Assembly (NCBI GenBank): GCA_031288185.1
Contig: JAITRZ010000048.1
Location: 31,307 to 95,306, forward strand
Origin: Coriobacteriales bacterium
Lineage (GTDB): Bacteria > Actinomycetota > Coriobacteriia > Coriobacteriales > UBA8131
Length of the DNA stretch: 64,000 nucleotides
Direction of reading: 5' to 3'
Shown here: piece after piece, positions 7,986 to 18,391 of the stretch
Position numbering within the stretch: the stretch's first letter is position 1
Layout: every line of letters begins with the position of its first letter
The notes under the pieces: model-generated
What the model was told of the DNA's origin: nothing
The model's database searches: none
What the model saw: only the letters and a program-made list of their open reading frames with translations
Translations under genes and position numbers: made by a program

Positions 7986-8356
7986 GCGCGGCTTACCAAG
8001 CGCAGCAGGGCTGGAATGAAAATTATCAGGCCCACCACAACTGAAACAAACGCTGCCAGGAGCACCGCCCCCGCTGCCGTGTCCTTGGCCTTTTGGGCTA
8101 ACGGGCTCAATTGAGGACTGACCATATCCACCAGGGTTTCGATGGCGCAGTTGCATAACTCTGCTCCCATGACCAATGCTATCATGGTAAGCACCGCTAC
8201 CCAGCCCATAGCGCCCACATCCAACACGGCTGCGGCAAGCAGCGCGCACAACGCACAACCTGCCTCGATCTTCAAATTGCGTTCTGCGCGCACCGCCCCA
8301 ACAATCCCTCTGAGGGCACAGACAAAAGCCATACGCAGGGTGGTTGTGTTTCGCAT
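7982..8356 (-). CDS. dgkA: Diacylglycerol/undecaprenol kinase family protein
   Basis: 124 aa with three TM helices. The motif GAELCNCAIETLVD is typical of DgkA. It sits in the conserved phoH-ybeY-dgkA-era order. Confidence 0.85.
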   Translation of the reverse strand: MRNTTTLRMAFVCALRGIVGAVRAERNLKIEAGCALCALLAAAVLDVGAMGWVAVLTMIALVMGAELCNCAIETLVDMVSPQLSPLAQKAKDTAAGAVLLAAFVSVVVGLIIFIPALLRLVSRA

Positions 8357-9165
8357 CAGGTGCTTTCTGTTTGCTGGTTGACCGATGATCCGGCATCAGG
8401 AGCGTCATCGGCCAAGGGCGCTTTGTCGTCATCAGTTAACTCAGGAGTTGCGCCGGCCCCACTGGTGGCAGACACCCCGTCATCGGCAGGTAGGCCACAA
8501 CCGCCAACAGCTGCCACGTTACCGGCAGGTAGGCCACAACATGCTTCCTGTTCGCGCAGACGCAACGCGCGCCACTGCATAAGCAAACGATCCTCACGCG
8601 TTTCCATCACTTTGGCCGCAGCCTCATTGTCATGGTCATAGCCTAAGAGATGCAGGATACCATGTACGGTAAGCAGCCGCACCTCCTCTGCAAAATCTGT
8701 GTTGAGCTCCTCCGCCCGCTTTAATGCCTGCTTAGGGCAAAGTACCACATCGCCAAGCAACGGCGGGTCGCACTCAAAGGAGAGTACGTCAGTTGGACGG
8801 CTGATACCTCTATAACATCTATTTAGTGTAGCAATTTCTGCCTCATTCACGAGCGACAGCGAGAGTTCAAGGTCTAAGTCAACCTGCTCCTGCCCAAGTA
8901 CAAAGTGGGCAAGCGCAAGTACCTCTTGTTCGCTGGCTCCCGTTTGCTGCGGTAGAGGCGTGTCTCCTGACCCATTTGGCTTGCCTGGCTGATTGTCCAA
9001 GGCATCCGACAGCAGAGGTGGCACAGCAGTGCCTTGGGCCAACACGGGGGCACCAGCAGCGGCTGTACTGTCCTCTGCCAGCTCCCCCTGTCCACAGCCA
9101 GGCAGCAAACACGTACCATCAGAGGTAAAAACCCCGCTTGAGCGATTATCAAGTAAAACCGGCAT
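8356..9165 (-). CDS. ybeY: rRNA maturation endoribonuclease YbeY with low-complexity N- and C-terminal extensions
   Basis: Zinc motif HGILHLLGYDHD. The start overlaps the phoH stop (TGATG); a GTG at 9168 is also possible. Confidence 0.85.
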   Translation of the reverse strand: MPVLLDNRSSGVFTSDGTCLLPGCGQGELAEDSTAAAGAPVLAQGTAVPPLLSDALDNQPGKPNGSGDTPLPQQTGASEQEVLALAHFVLGQEQVDLDLELSLSLVNEAEIATLNRCYRGISRPTDVLSFECDPPLLGDVVLCPKQALKRAEELNTDFAEEVRLLTVHGILHLLGYDHDNEAAAKVMETREDRLLMQWRALRLREQEACCGLPAGNVAAVGGCGLPADDGVSATSGAGATPELTDDDKAPLADDAPDAGSSVNQQTEST

Positions 9166-10136
9166 CACGTATCCTGTTTTGGCCGCGTTGAGCGCTCCGC
9201 CGCATCATACGCCTCGACTATGCGCTGCACAAGGCTATGGCGCACAACATCCTTGCCGCTCAAGTCAACAAAGGCGATATCCTTGATGCCCTCAAGCACC
9301 CTGCGCACCGTTTTCAGGCCACTGGCACGCTCCGGCAGATCCAACTGGGTAACATCGCCGGTCACCACCATACGCGAGCCAAATCCCAAGCGGGTCAGAA
9401 ACATCTTCATTTGATCAGGGGTAGTGTTTTGGGCCTCATCCAAAATGATGAAACTGTCATTGAGGCTACGGCCGCGCATAAAGGCCAGGGGCGCGATTTC
9501 TATGACACCCTGTTCAATCAGTTGGTGGCCGCGCTCCATCTCGGTCATATCAAACAGCGCGTCATACAGTGGGCGTACGTAAGGGTCAAGCTTTTCAGTT
9601 AAGGTACCGGGCAGGTATCCCAGCGACTCGCCAGCTTCTACCGCCGGTCGGGTTAGGATTATCCTCCCCACCTCTTTATTTTTAAGGGCCGCCACGGCCA
9701 TCGCCATCGCCAGATAGGTCTTGCCGGTGCCGGCCGGGCCAATACCAAAGCTGACCGTATGGGTGCGAATGGCATCAACATAGCGTTTTTGGCCGGCGGT
9801 TTTTGCGCGGATCGACTTGCCTCTATAGGTCAAGAGGATATCGTCACGCAAAAGGGAAGGCACAAATTCTCCGCCACGGATAAGATCGATGGTTAGCGCC
9901 AAGCTCTCAAGCGTAATAGTGTCGCCATCCTCCGCCATTTTGATCATGTCCGCAAACACAGCCGTGAGTATCTGTATCTCCCGCGCTGTGCCAACAAGGT
10001 CAATGCGATTGCCGCGAAAGGTGATCCGCGCCTCAAACTGCTGCTCAATGGCACGCAGGAGGGCATCATTGACCCCGGTGATCAGGGCCGGATCCACTGA
10101 GTCGGGCACCGTTATCGAGATGTGAGCCTGTTCCAA
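9165..10136 (-). CDS. phoH: PhoH-like ATPase (YbeZ)
   Basis: Walker A GPAGTGKTYLAMA, plus full-length similarity to the PhoH family. Confidence 0.9.
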   Translation of the reverse strand: MEQAHISITVPDSVDPALITGVNDALLRAIEQQFEARITFRGNRIDLVGTAREIQILTAVFADMIKMAEDGDTITLESLALTIDLIRGGEFVPSLLRDDILLTYRGKSIRAKTAGQKRYVDAIRTHTVSFGIGPAGTGKTYLAMAMAVAALKNKEVGRIILTRPAVEAGESLGYLPGTLTEKLDPYVRPLYDALFDMTEMERGHQLIEQGVIEIAPLAFMRGRSLNDSFIILDEAQNTTPDQMKMFLTRLGFGSRMVVTGDVTQLDLPERASGLKTVRRVLEGIKDIAFVDLSGKDVVRHSLVQRIVEAYDAAERSTRPKQDT

Positions 10137-10187
10137 AGATTCTCCTTTACCGGCTGGTTGGGGCGGGGCCGGATTGTACAGGGATTT

Positions 10188-11615
10188 TCAAAAACCACCG
10201 GTGGGGGCGTTAGCTGGTGGCCTGCTTGTTGGGTTACGGTCACCGGCAGCCGAGGGAACCTGCGCGGTAGCAAGCAGCTTACCATTCCTGTAGCCAGAAA
10301 AACGCAGAAAATACAATCTGCCGGGCTGGAGTGTGGAGCGCAACGACACAGCCAGCTCCACCTCATGGTAACTGTCTGAGCGTCCAAGGCCGTCAGTACC
10401 CACCAAAACCCACTCGGAGCTCCCTATCCGTCGCGCGGCATCGGCGGCAGCCAGTTCTCCCGTTAGTGTGCGCAACACGCGCGAACGATACCGCATCGTC
10501 TGGCTGTCTATCTGTCCGGGCAGTTCGCTGGCTGGGGTCAAGGGGCGCCGTGAATAACGAAAAGCGTGAACGCGGCAAAACCCTAACTGGCGACAGAGCG
10601 CCAGGCTTTGCTCAAAATCAGCATCCGTCTCTCCCGGAAAGCCAACAATAACATCGGTACTCAGTGCCAGTTGGGGCACAAGACGGCGGGCAAACAACAG
10701 GCGCTCGGTATACTGATCCAGGCTGTAGCCTCGACACATGGCCGCAAGGACGCTCTTTGAGCCAGACTGCAATGGTACATGGAGATGAGCGCAAAGTCGG
10801 CCGGGATGGGCAACCATCAATGCCAGTAGCGCGTCGCTGATACTCAACGGCTCAAGGGACGAAAGGCGAACGCGAAAGTCCAAAGCTGGCTGTTCTGACG
10901 GCGCGCATAGGGTGCCAGCCACCTGTTTTGACGGCGCGCATAGGGAACCAACCAACGGGCGTGAGGCAGCAACGATTTTTTTCCCGGCCGCAAACAGGTG
11001 TAGCAACAAAGCAGGCAGATCCAGACCTTCGGCATGATAGGCACCTAGATCAATGCCACTGAGCACAAGCTCACGACAACCGGCGGCCAGGGCCTGTTCA
11101 AACTGGGCCAGGATGTCTGCTGGCGGCAGACTGCGTGCCGGGCCCCGAGCCTGCGGCACCACACAATAACTACAGGTCTTATTGCAGCCATCCTGAACCA
11201 ATATGGAAGCCCTGGTGTTAAATCCCGCGCCAAAGCGGCTGGCAAGCGGGCTGTTGTTGGATGGTGCCGCCAGATTTAGGAGCGCAAGCGATTCCTTAAG
11301 GGCCTGGGCCTTGTCAGGCAGCAATCTGACACGCTGACTGATGCCTCTAAACTGACTATCATCGAGCGCTACCGCACAGCCAGTGACAATGACCCAAGGT
11401 CTGGCAGGTGCATGAGCGGCACGGCGCACGGCTTTGCGAGACTTGGCATCAGCCGCTGAGGTGACCGTACAGGTAGTTACAACTACCAGGTCAGCCTCCT
11501 TCAAACCAGCGCGCTCGGCGCCATGCGCCACGAGAGCGGCCGTTATGCTGTCGGCCTCGGCGCGATTAACCTTACATCCTAGGTTCATCACACAAAAACG
11601 CTGGACTGCGCTCAA
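10188..11615 (-). CDS. mtaB: Radical-SAM methylthiotransferase, MtaB-type (tRNA t6A37)
   Basis: N-terminal LGCKVNRAE, radical-SAM CNKTCSYC, and a C-terminal TRAM-like end. It sits in the conserved dnaJ-rsmE-mtaB order. The start is uncertain: TTG at 11615, ATG at 11588, or ORF start at 11723. Confidence 0.8.
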   Translation of the reverse strand: MSAVQRFCVMNLGCKVNRAEADSITAALVAHGAERAGLKEADLVVVTTCTVTSAADAKSRKAVRRAAHAPARPWVIVTGCAVALDDSQFRGISQRVRLLPDKAQALKESLALLNLAAPSNNSPLASRFGAGFNTRASILVQDGCNKTCSYCVVPQARGPARSLPPADILAQFEQALAAGCRELVLSGIDLGAYHAEGLDLPALLLHLFAAGKKIVAASRPLVGSLCAPSKQVAGTLCAPSEQPALDFRVRLSSLEPLSISDALLALMVAHPGRLCAHLHVPLQSGSKSVLAAMCRGYSLDQYTERLLFARRLVPQLALSTDVIVGFPGETDADFEQSLALCRQLGFCRVHAFRYSRRPLTPASELPGQIDSQTMRYRSRVLRTLTGELAAADAARRIGSSEWVLVGTDGLGRSDSYHEVELAVSLRSTLQPGRLYFLRFSGYRNGKLLATAQVPSAAGDRNPTSRPPANAPTGGF

Positions 11616-11667
11616 CCGCTTCTCACCGCTCGAAGCCGGCTGTGAGATAACGGTGCTGTTTTGTTCA

Positions 11668-12807
11668 CTAGATGCTCGCGCGCTGATTGCCCAATCCTCC
11701 CAACTGATACAGCAAAAGGGCACTGGCTACCACTGCCGCTGTTTCCACCCGCAGAATATGCGATCCCAGACTTAACAGTTGACAGCCAGTCGCTCGCATA
11801 CGCCTGACTTCAGACAAGGAAAAACCACCCACGGGGCCAATAAACAGGGCTGCGCCGGCAACCCCACGAGCGTTTGTGGTGGTAGCCGCCTGAGCCGCTG
11901 GACTTTCTTGTATGTTTGTAGGGGAGATCTCAACGCCAAAGTTAACAGCAGTGGTGAAGATGTCCGTAAGCGATGCAGGCAGATGGGCCTCCTCCCAGGC
12001 GCACATCCTGGGCTGGCAATCGCTCACGAGCTCAAGGGCCGCGTCAAGGGAGGAGAGAGGCTCCAGCACCGGCAGCCAGGCCCGTTGGGATTGTTCAGCA
12101 GCAGCCAGGGCCACACGTTGCCAACGCTGAAGACGCTGGACGGCTTGCTCAGAATGCGGGAGCGTGGAAGCGCGTTCTGAGAGGAGGGGGATAATACGCC
12201 AGATGCCTAATTCTGTGGCCTGACGGATGATTTGATCCATGCGATTGTTGGTGACCAGACCTTGAACCAAGGTAAGGCGGGGGGCAGAAGCGGGCCTGTG
12301 ACGGCCAAGGAGTCGCACCTCAAGATGCCCGGCCCGCGCATCATCCTGCTGGCGACTGCCAGTCACGGCCAGACGCGCGTTGTCTATCTGCACCAACTGC
12401 AACAGCCAGAAGGTACCCCGGCCGTTGCCCAGGATAAAGCGCTGTCCCGGTTGCAGACGGGATGCGCGCATATGCTTGAGAATGCGCGGCTCCAGGCGCA
12501 GTTCCAGCACGGGCCCCGTGGCCTGCTGCAAGGTCTCTTGCTGTCTCGCTTGCTGAGCTTCACTGCCATTCGCATCCGCACGGTCCCACCCGGATAGGCG
12601 GCCTGTTTCTTTGAGACTGCCTGCTGGGTCATCAGGTTTTCCTGCCGTGACATCCCTCCCTGCGGCACTCCCCTGCCCCAGCATGGCGCCGTTGAGCCGT
12701 TTGGCATATCTATCAGTACCCCCGCCTGCGCCCGTTAGCAGCTTATCCGCAGCGGTATCAAGCACAACTGAAGGGGCGTTAAGGGTAATGTAGTGGGGAA
12801 CAGACAA
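11668..12807 (-). CDS. rsmE: 16S rRNA (uracil1498-N3)-methyltransferase RsmE with a roughly 100-aa N-terminal insertion
   Basis: GPVGGFSLSEV ... LGSHILRVETAAV C-terminal SPOUT motifs. It lies downstream of dnaJ. Confidence 0.8.
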   Translation of the reverse strand: MSVPHYITLNAPSVVLDTAADKLLTGAGGGTDRYAKRLNGAMLGQGSAAGRDVTAGKPDDPAGSLKETGRLSGWDRADANGSEAQQARQQETLQQATGPVLELRLEPRILKHMRASRLQPGQRFILGNGRGTFWLLQLVQIDNARLAVTGSRQQDDARAGHLEVRLLGRHRPASAPRLTLVQGLVTNNRMDQIIRQATELGIWRIIPLLSERASTLPHSEQAVQRLQRWQRVALAAAEQSQRAWLPVLEPLSSLDAALELVSDCQPRMCAWEEAHLPASLTDIFTTAVNFGVEISPTNIQESPAAQAATTTNARGVAGAALFIGPVGGFSLSEVRRMRATGCQLLSLGSHILRVETAAVVASALLLYQLGGLGNQRASI

Positions 12808-12860
12808 AGGATCACGGGCAAAATTTGATGTGCCAGCCTAATGCTCTGACAAACGCCAGA

Positions 12861-13982
12861 TTAGGACAGCACTTCTTTGATGCGCTGAGAAACTGTTTTT
12901 TTACCAACAATATTGTCGCCAAACTCCTCGGCCAGCTCCTCTAACAATTCCTGTTGGCGTTTGCTTAATGAACGCGGAACAATAACCGTGACATGCACAA
13001 ACAGGTCGCCACGGCTCTCCTTCTTAAAGATCGTCAGTCCCTTGCCGCGCACCCGTACCATCTGGTCATTTTGGCAGCCAGTCGGTATCTTTACCTCAAC
13101 CTTTTCATGAGGCATGATGCCGTCAACCACCATCGTAGCGCCCAATGCGGCCTGAGTTATGGAGATGTCAACGCGGGTGTGCAGGTTGTCACCCTCACGT
13201 TGCAGGCGACTGTGCTGATCGATGCGCACGGTAACAATCAGGTCGCCGGCCAGAGCGCCGTGGATGCCCGCCTCACCAAAACCCTTTAGGCGCAACTGCT
13301 GTCCGTCGCGAATGCCGTGGGGTACATCAATGGAAATATGCTGACGATCCGGCAGACGGCCCTGGCCTTCACAATCCGGACAGGGGGTGTCGATGGTCTT
13401 GCCGGTGCCGTTACAAACATCACAGGTGGCCTGGGTTTGCATATCTCCCAGGAAGGTGCGCTGGATGGTGACAATCCGGCCGGTGCCATTGCAGCGTTTG
13501 CAATCCACAAAATGGCCGCCGGAACCCAGGCCACTCCCCTTGCAGCTTTCACAGGGAGCCAGGCGATCATAGACGATTTCCTTTTTAGTGCCGCTGGCCA
13601 CTTCTTCCAGGGTCAGGCGCAGGCCAACGCCCATGTCGCGCCCTTCCTGACGCACTGCGGCCCGCCCCTGAGCCACTCCGCCAAAGAAGGTGCTAAACAG
13701 GTCTCCCATACCAAAGCCGCCGCCAAACAGGTCGCCGATGTCCACATACTGATAGCCGCCGTTGCCTGAGGCCACCTTGCCAAACCGGTCATACTGGACG
13801 CGCTTGTTAGAATCACTAAGCACGTCATAAGCCTCATTGAGCTCCTTGAAGCGTTCTTCTGCATCAGCGGCCTTGTTGACATCGGGGTGCAGCTGACGGG
13901 CCTTCTTGTGAAACGCCCGCTTTATTTCAGAATCAGTGGCCTGGCGAGAAACGCCAAGTATCTGGTAGTAATCAGTAGTCAA
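12861..13982 (-). CDS. dnaJ: Molecular chaperone DnaJ
   Basis: J domain (DYYQILGV, HPD), G/F region and four CxxCxGxG zinc-finger repeats. Confidence 0.93.
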   Translation of the reverse strand: MTTDYYQILGVSRQATDSEIKRAFHKKARQLHPDVNKAADAEERFKELNEAYDVLSDSNKRVQYDRFGKVASGNGGYQYVDIGDLFGGGFGMGDLFSTFFGGVAQGRAAVRQEGRDMGVGLRLTLEEVASGTKKEIVYDRLAPCESCKGSGLGSGGHFVDCKRCNGTGRIVTIQRTFLGDMQTQATCDVCNGTGKTIDTPCPDCEGQGRLPDRQHISIDVPHGIRDGQQLRLKGFGEAGIHGALAGDLIVTVRIDQHSRLQREGDNLHTRVDISITQAALGATMVVDGIMPHEKVEVKIPTGCQNDQMVRVRGKGLTIFKKESRGDLFVHVTVIVPRSLSKRQQELLEELAEEFGDNIVGKKTVSQRIKEVLS

Positions 13983-13984
13983 TC

Positions 13985-14851
13985 TTATCCTTCCGCGTCT
14001 TCGACGATTGTAGAGAGGGCACTGATCGCCTTTTGGTAGTTCATCCGGGTGGGGCCAAACAGTGCCACCACACCAAAAAAGCTGCCGGGAGCACCCGTCT
14101 TGTCAGCCAGTGTTGGCACAACATGAGCTCGCGCAGTAGAAACGCCAGTTGTGCTGGTAAGAGCGCTGGCCTCAAACCGGAGAGCAAGCAGGGAAAACGG
14201 GTAAAGCTGGGCATCGCTGTTTTCCGCGCCAATGCGAATATGCAAACCACCACTTTTGGCAACGTTTTCTAGAATGGCCAAAAGCTCACCCTGGTTTTCC
14301 AGAAGCTGCATGATAGGCAGCGCCGCTGTAACGTTTGTAAACTCCGGCTGCCCCAAAAGCAGGGGCAGACCACGATGGAAAACGGTGGTGGAAATCTGCG
14401 GCAGCCAAAGCACCAACAGGTTATCAGTATAACCGGCAAAGAAGGCCAGTGTCTCGTTAATTTGCAGTATCTTGTCCTGCGGATTGGCCAAAGCCCTGAC
14501 AGTCGCCAGCGATGGAGCGCGCTGGCCGCCACAATCAACCGGCAGTACAACTCGCTGCGTGAAAAAACCGGGATGCAGCAAAAGGCTGTTCACAAAGGTG
14601 CGATAGCCTACGTTAGTGGGGATACGTCCAGCCGACGTATGCGGCGAACAGACATACCCCTGGTTTTCCAACCACATCAACTCATTGCGCACGGTCGCGG
14701 CTGAGATCAGGGGCAGGTAGGAACGCACCAGGGTATGGGAGCCCACAGGATGCGCGCTTTGCACGTATTCCTGAACTACAGATTCTAAAACACTGTGACG
14801 ACGTTGCGATAGCATCTGATTTTCATCCAAGGCTTTTTGACTCCAGGGCAA
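13985..14851 (-). CDS. hrcA: Heat-inducible transcription repressor HrcA
   Basis: N-terminal LSQRRHSVLESVVQEYVQSAHPVGS winged helix. It lies immediately upstream of dnaJ. An alternative start is the ATG at 14815. Confidence 0.85.
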   Translation of the reverse strand: MPWSQKALDENQMLSQRRHSVLESVVQEYVQSAHPVGSHTLVRSYLPLISAATVRNELMWLENQGYVCSPHTSAGRIPTNVGYRTFVNSLLLHPGFFTQRVVLPVDCGGQRAPSLATVRALANPQDKILQINETLAFFAGYTDNLLVLWLPQISTTVFHRGLPLLLGQPEFTNVTAALPIMQLLENQGELLAILENVAKSGGLHIRIGAENSDAQLYPFSLLALRFEASALTSTTGVSTARAHVVPTLADKTGAPGSFFGVVALFGPTRMNYQKAISALSTIVEDAEG

Positions 14852-14985
14852 AACTCCAAGACAGAGCGCCCAGCCAAACCAATAACATCATGCTGATAGT
14901 AGCAGGAAGTTTGCAGATGACGGGGCAGGGCCGATGTATCGTAACAAAACCGTAAATAGCGACAGGCTGGCTGGATGCTGGTGAG

Positions 14986-16233
14986 TTACCGAATGGAATG
15001 ACAGGTGCTGTTGTTGGCGGGAGCGCGCATGAGGACATCCGGCATAAGGCGCAGGAAGATTTCATTGCCAAGAAGCCAGCCACAGGTGCTGGGTACCAGT
15101 CGGTCGTCCTTGCGCTCAACCAATGCGAGGGCTTCTAGCTCCTGGATGGCTGCGTCAAGGCCGGGCAACAAGGTGGCCGCGTCATTGATCTGCTTCAGGC
15201 TCAGGCCGCGCATCATGCGCATTCCCAGCATCAGATCCTCAGCAAGGGCCTGTTTGCGGTTGAGCGCCTCGGTGTTGATGTTGGAAGGATTGTCGTTCGC
15301 CGGATGCAAGCGCAGCCTGCTTCCATCGCTCAGGTTAAACATGCTGGCTGCCCCAGCGCCTACGCCCAGATAAGCCTGACCCGTCCAATAGCAGATATTA
15401 TGCTGGCACTCTCTATCGCGGGTGGCATAGGAGGCTGTTTCGTAGCGGTGCAGGCCGGCTGCCTGCAACCTGTCGGCCGCGACAAGGAGCATGGTAGCCA
15501 CCTCATCCTCATCTGCCAGCACCAGATGACCGCTGCGTGCTTGAGCCTCCAGGACGGTATGCGGCTCAATTTGAAGTGGATAGACGCTGACATGCGACAC
15601 CTCGGCCGCCACAGCCGCCTCCAGGCTCTGCTGCCAACTGCTCAGGCTTTGGGTGGGAATGCCGCAGATGAGATCCAGGCTAATGTTGTCAAAGCGCAAA
15701 CGGGCCGCCTGCAGGGCACGTTGAATCTGCGCGGCATCATGTATGCGGCCGAGTGCGCGAAGCTCGCTGTCGTGAAAACTCTGCGCGCCCAGGGCCAGGC
15801 GGTTTACACCCAGAGCATAGAGATCCGCAACTAGGCGCGGGGTCAGAGACTCCGGGTTGGCTTCACAGGTAAACTCAACAACGCGCGTTAAGTCCAAAGA
15901 TAGCCCAAGAGTATAGGCTAGCTGCACCAATCGCCCGTGCCCAAAGTAGCTGGGTGTGCCACCGCCAATATAGATAGTTGTGATGTCCGCCAGCAGACCA
16001 CAGGCAGCGCTCCGGCGAATGGCCTGTATCACAGCCGCCAGGTGGGTATCCATAGCTGCCTCAGAGCCAGGGGCCTGGGCAAAGAAATCGCAATAATAAC
16101 AGCGACAGGCACAAAAGGGGATATGAATATACAGGCCAGAAATCCGCGCAAGACCGGAACCTCCGGCCTTCAGGTCACGGGCAAGGTGAACGGTATTCAC
16201 CTTGGCTCTTGAAGCGTCCTCAGAAATTGACAT
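14986..16233 (-). CDS. hemW: Radical-SAM heme chaperone HemW (HemN-like)
   Basis: LYIHIPFCACRCYYCDF radical-SAM motif. The ATG at 16233 lies 14 nt inside the end of dus. The longer ORF to 16404 overlaps dus. Confidence 0.85.
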   Translation of the reverse strand: MSISEDASRAKVNTVHLARDLKAGGSGLARISGLYIHIPFCACRCYYCDFFAQAPGSEAAMDTHLAAVIQAIRRSAACGLLADITTIYIGGGTPSYFGHGRLVQLAYTLGLSLDLTRVVEFTCEANPESLTPRLVADLYALGVNRLALGAQSFHDSELRALGRIHDAAQIQRALQAARLRFDNISLDLICGIPTQSLSSWQQSLEAAVAAEVSHVSVYPLQIEPHTVLEAQARSGHLVLADEDEVATMLLVAADRLQAAGLHRYETASYATRDRECQHNICYWTGQAYLGVGAGAASMFNLSDGSRLRLHPANDNPSNINTEALNRKQALAEDLMLGMRMMRGLSLKQINDAATLLPGLDAAIQELEALALVERKDDRLVPSTCGWLLGNEIFLRLMPDVLMRAPANNSTCHSIR

Positions 16234-17260
16234 ATTTAATAGCAGATTTGTAAGGCTGGTGGTAAAGCCGGTCGCCAGCGCGTGGCAGGTCGCGGCAGGT
16301 CTCCCCGACCAATTCCCTCTGCATACCGCGCAGGGTTTCAAGCAGGGACAGGTAATCATCGAGATGGGTACAGGCACAGACAAACCTGCGTGCGGCCGCA
16401 GCAACCGACGTTCCCTTGAAGTACCAGGCCAGGTGGCGACGCATGGTTACCAACCTCTGAGGCTGGAGAAGGTAAAGGCCCCGGATGTGTTCTTCAGATA
16501 GAGCGACACGCTCTTCAAAACTCACTTCCGACACGTGCATGGTTGGATCGCGCAGCAACGCCTGGGTCTGTTTGAATATCCAGGGGTTGCCTCTGGCCCC
16601 AGTCGCAAACATCACAGCAGCAGCACCAGAGTGCAGGTAGGCAAGAGCGTTGGCGGGTGTATGGACATCTCCGTTGGCAATCACGGGAATATCCAGGGCT
16701 TGGGCTAGCCGTCCCGGTAACTCTTTGTCCGCCTCTCCCCGATACAGCTGAGCCGCTGTGCGGCCATGCACCGCCACCGCCGCCACGCCGCTGGCTTGAG
16801 CCATCAGGGCAAACTCCAGGGCCGTGTTGTCAGAGGCGGCAAAACCCTTGCGAAACTTCACGGTTACGGGCAGGTTGACACTGGCGACTACCGCCTCAAT
16901 GACTTGTTGGGCCAGGCTGGGGTTTGCCATCAAAGCCGCACCGCTGCCAGAAGCCAGAATTTTTCTGGCGGGACAGCCCATGTTGATGTCGATATGCGCC
17001 AGGTCATCACCAAATCTGTGTTCCAAACGCCGCGCTTGTAGCGCCATTATTTTGGGTTCAGCGCCAAACAGTTGGATGGCAAAGGGTCTGTCCCTGGGCA
17101 GCGTTTCGAGCAGTTCCCAGGAACGAATATGGTCAGAGGCTAAAGCCCTGGCGCTGACCATTTCCGTACAGGTTAACTCTGCGCCCAGGCGGCGGCAGAT
17201 AGCGCGAAACACTGGATCGTTTACGCCCGCCATCGGCGCCAGTAACAGACGTCTCATCAC
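16220..17260 (-). CDS. dus: tRNA-dihydrouridine synthase
   Basis: LAPMAGVNDPVFRAICRRLGAELTCTEMVSA, plus an FMN-binding TIM-barrel pattern. Confidence 0.88.
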   Translation of the reverse strand: MMRRLLLAPMAGVNDPVFRAICRRLGAELTCTEMVSARALASDHIRSWELLETLPRDRPFAIQLFGAEPKIMALQARRLEHRFGDDLAHIDINMGCPARKILASGSGAALMANPSLAQQVIEAVVASVNLPVTVKFRKGFAASDNTALEFALMAQASGVAAVAVHGRTAAQLYRGEADKELPGRLAQALDIPVIANGDVHTPANALAYLHSGAAAVMFATGARGNPWIFKQTQALLRDPTMHVSEVSFEERVALSEEHIRGLYLLQPQRLVTMRRHLAWYFKGTSVAAAARRFVCACTHLDDYLSLLETLRGMQRELVGETCRDLPRAGDRLYHQPYKSAIKYVNF

Positions 17261-18225
17261 GGCGATGTATCGCTGGCCTGCCAGTTTTCGCTGGCGGCAC
17301 CGTCAGATTGATCGCTGGCCTGACAGTTTTTGCTGGCGGCACCGTCAACCAGTGTCTCGTTCATGCTGCCGCTGCGATAGCCGCACAGATCCAGGGCCAC
17401 GTATGTAAAGCCCAGGGCGCGCAGGCGCGCGCTAATCTGTTCGCGTAGCGCGGCATCTGAGAAAAGCGCAAATCCGTCGGCATCGGTTTCAATACGAGCC
17501 AGGGTTTCGTGGCTACGCACCCGAACCTGCCTACAGCCTGCGTCCAAAAGCAGTTGTTCAGCCTGCTCGACCATTGACAGGGCCTCCGGGCTGATCCTGG
17601 TGCCATAGGCAAAACGCGAAGCCAGGCAGGCAAACGACGGTTTATCATGGGTCGCCAAACCCAGGTGGCGGGACAGCGCGCGTACATCAGCCTTGGTAAG
17701 CCGCGCCGCGCAGAGCGGACTAAGCACGTCCTGCTCGCGCAGGGCCTGAAGCCCCGGGCGATAGTCACTTAGATCGTCCAGGTTAGAGCCCTCGATTACC
17801 TGGGCCAGACCGCGCTGGCGGGCAAACTGCCAAACTTGCGCAAACAGTTCACGCTTGCAGAGATAACAGCGATTTGGCGGGTTTTCCCTAAACTGCGCAT
17901 TATCCATCTCGGTGGTGTCCACACAGGCCAGTTCTATCCCTTCCTGCGTGCAAAAGGTTCGTGCTGCCTGCAGCTCACGCTCTGGAAAGGTCAGGGAACG
18001 AGCCACGACGGCAACAGCCATCCGGCCCAGCTCAAGGTATGCCACCTTAAGTAACAGGGTAGAGTCCACACCGGCAGAGAAAGCTACCGCCACGCTGCCT
18101 AGTTCAGACAGATAATCCCTAAGATTGCTATACTGCTTGGCTAATTTGACGGTTAGAGATGCGGTGCCTGCGGGATGCGCGCTGGTTTGCAGGGGCGACG
18201 TTTGAGAGCTGTCGTGTGGTCTCAT
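17257..18225 (-). CDS. larE: PP-loop ATP-utilising enzyme, LarE-like sulfur transferase
   Basis: PP-loop VAFSAGVDST and a LarE-like CxxC region. The start is uncertain: the ORF is open to a GTG at 18438 through a tandem-repeat segment. The C-terminus carries a 14-aa tandem repeat. Confidence 0.65.
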   Translation of the reverse strand: MRPHDSSQTSPLQTSAHPAGTASLTVKLAKQYSNLRDYLSELGSVAVAFSAGVDSTLLLKVAYLELGRMAVAVVARSLTFPERELQAARTFCTQEGIELACVDTTEMDNAQFRENPPNRCYLCKRELFAQVWQFARQRGLAQVIEGSNLDDLSDYRPGLQALREQDVLSPLCAARLTKADVRALSRHLGLATHDKPSFACLASRFAYGTRISPEALSMVEQAEQLLLDAGCRQVRVRSHETLARIETDADGFALFSDAALREQISARLRALGFTYVALDLCGYRSGSMNETLVDGAASKNCQASDQSDGAASENWQASDTSP

Positions 18226-18391
18226 CCGTACGGAATGTACGCCAGCCTGCACGGGCAACAAATCCGTAGCACAGGTATGACCTTCGCCAGCGGGCGCGTC
18301 AAGCTGGCCGGCGCACGTATCAAGATAGCCGCCAGCAGGCACGTCAAGCTGGCCGGCGCGCGTATCCGCATCCCAGCGCGGATTGCTACGG

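Noticed and set aside
7986-8432. N-terminal 149-codon extension of the era ORF (ORF track 7050..8432).
   Set aside because: The extension is overlapped in another frame by a clearly recognisable dgkA (7982..8356). The era ATG at 7985 forms the typical ATGA overlap with the dgkA stop.
14852-14985. Searched for a CIRCE operator (TTAGCACTC-N9-GAGTGCTAA) upstream of hrcA-dnaJ.
   Set aside because: No inverted repeat resembling CIRCE is present. Only a loose ACTCC direct repeat was seen.
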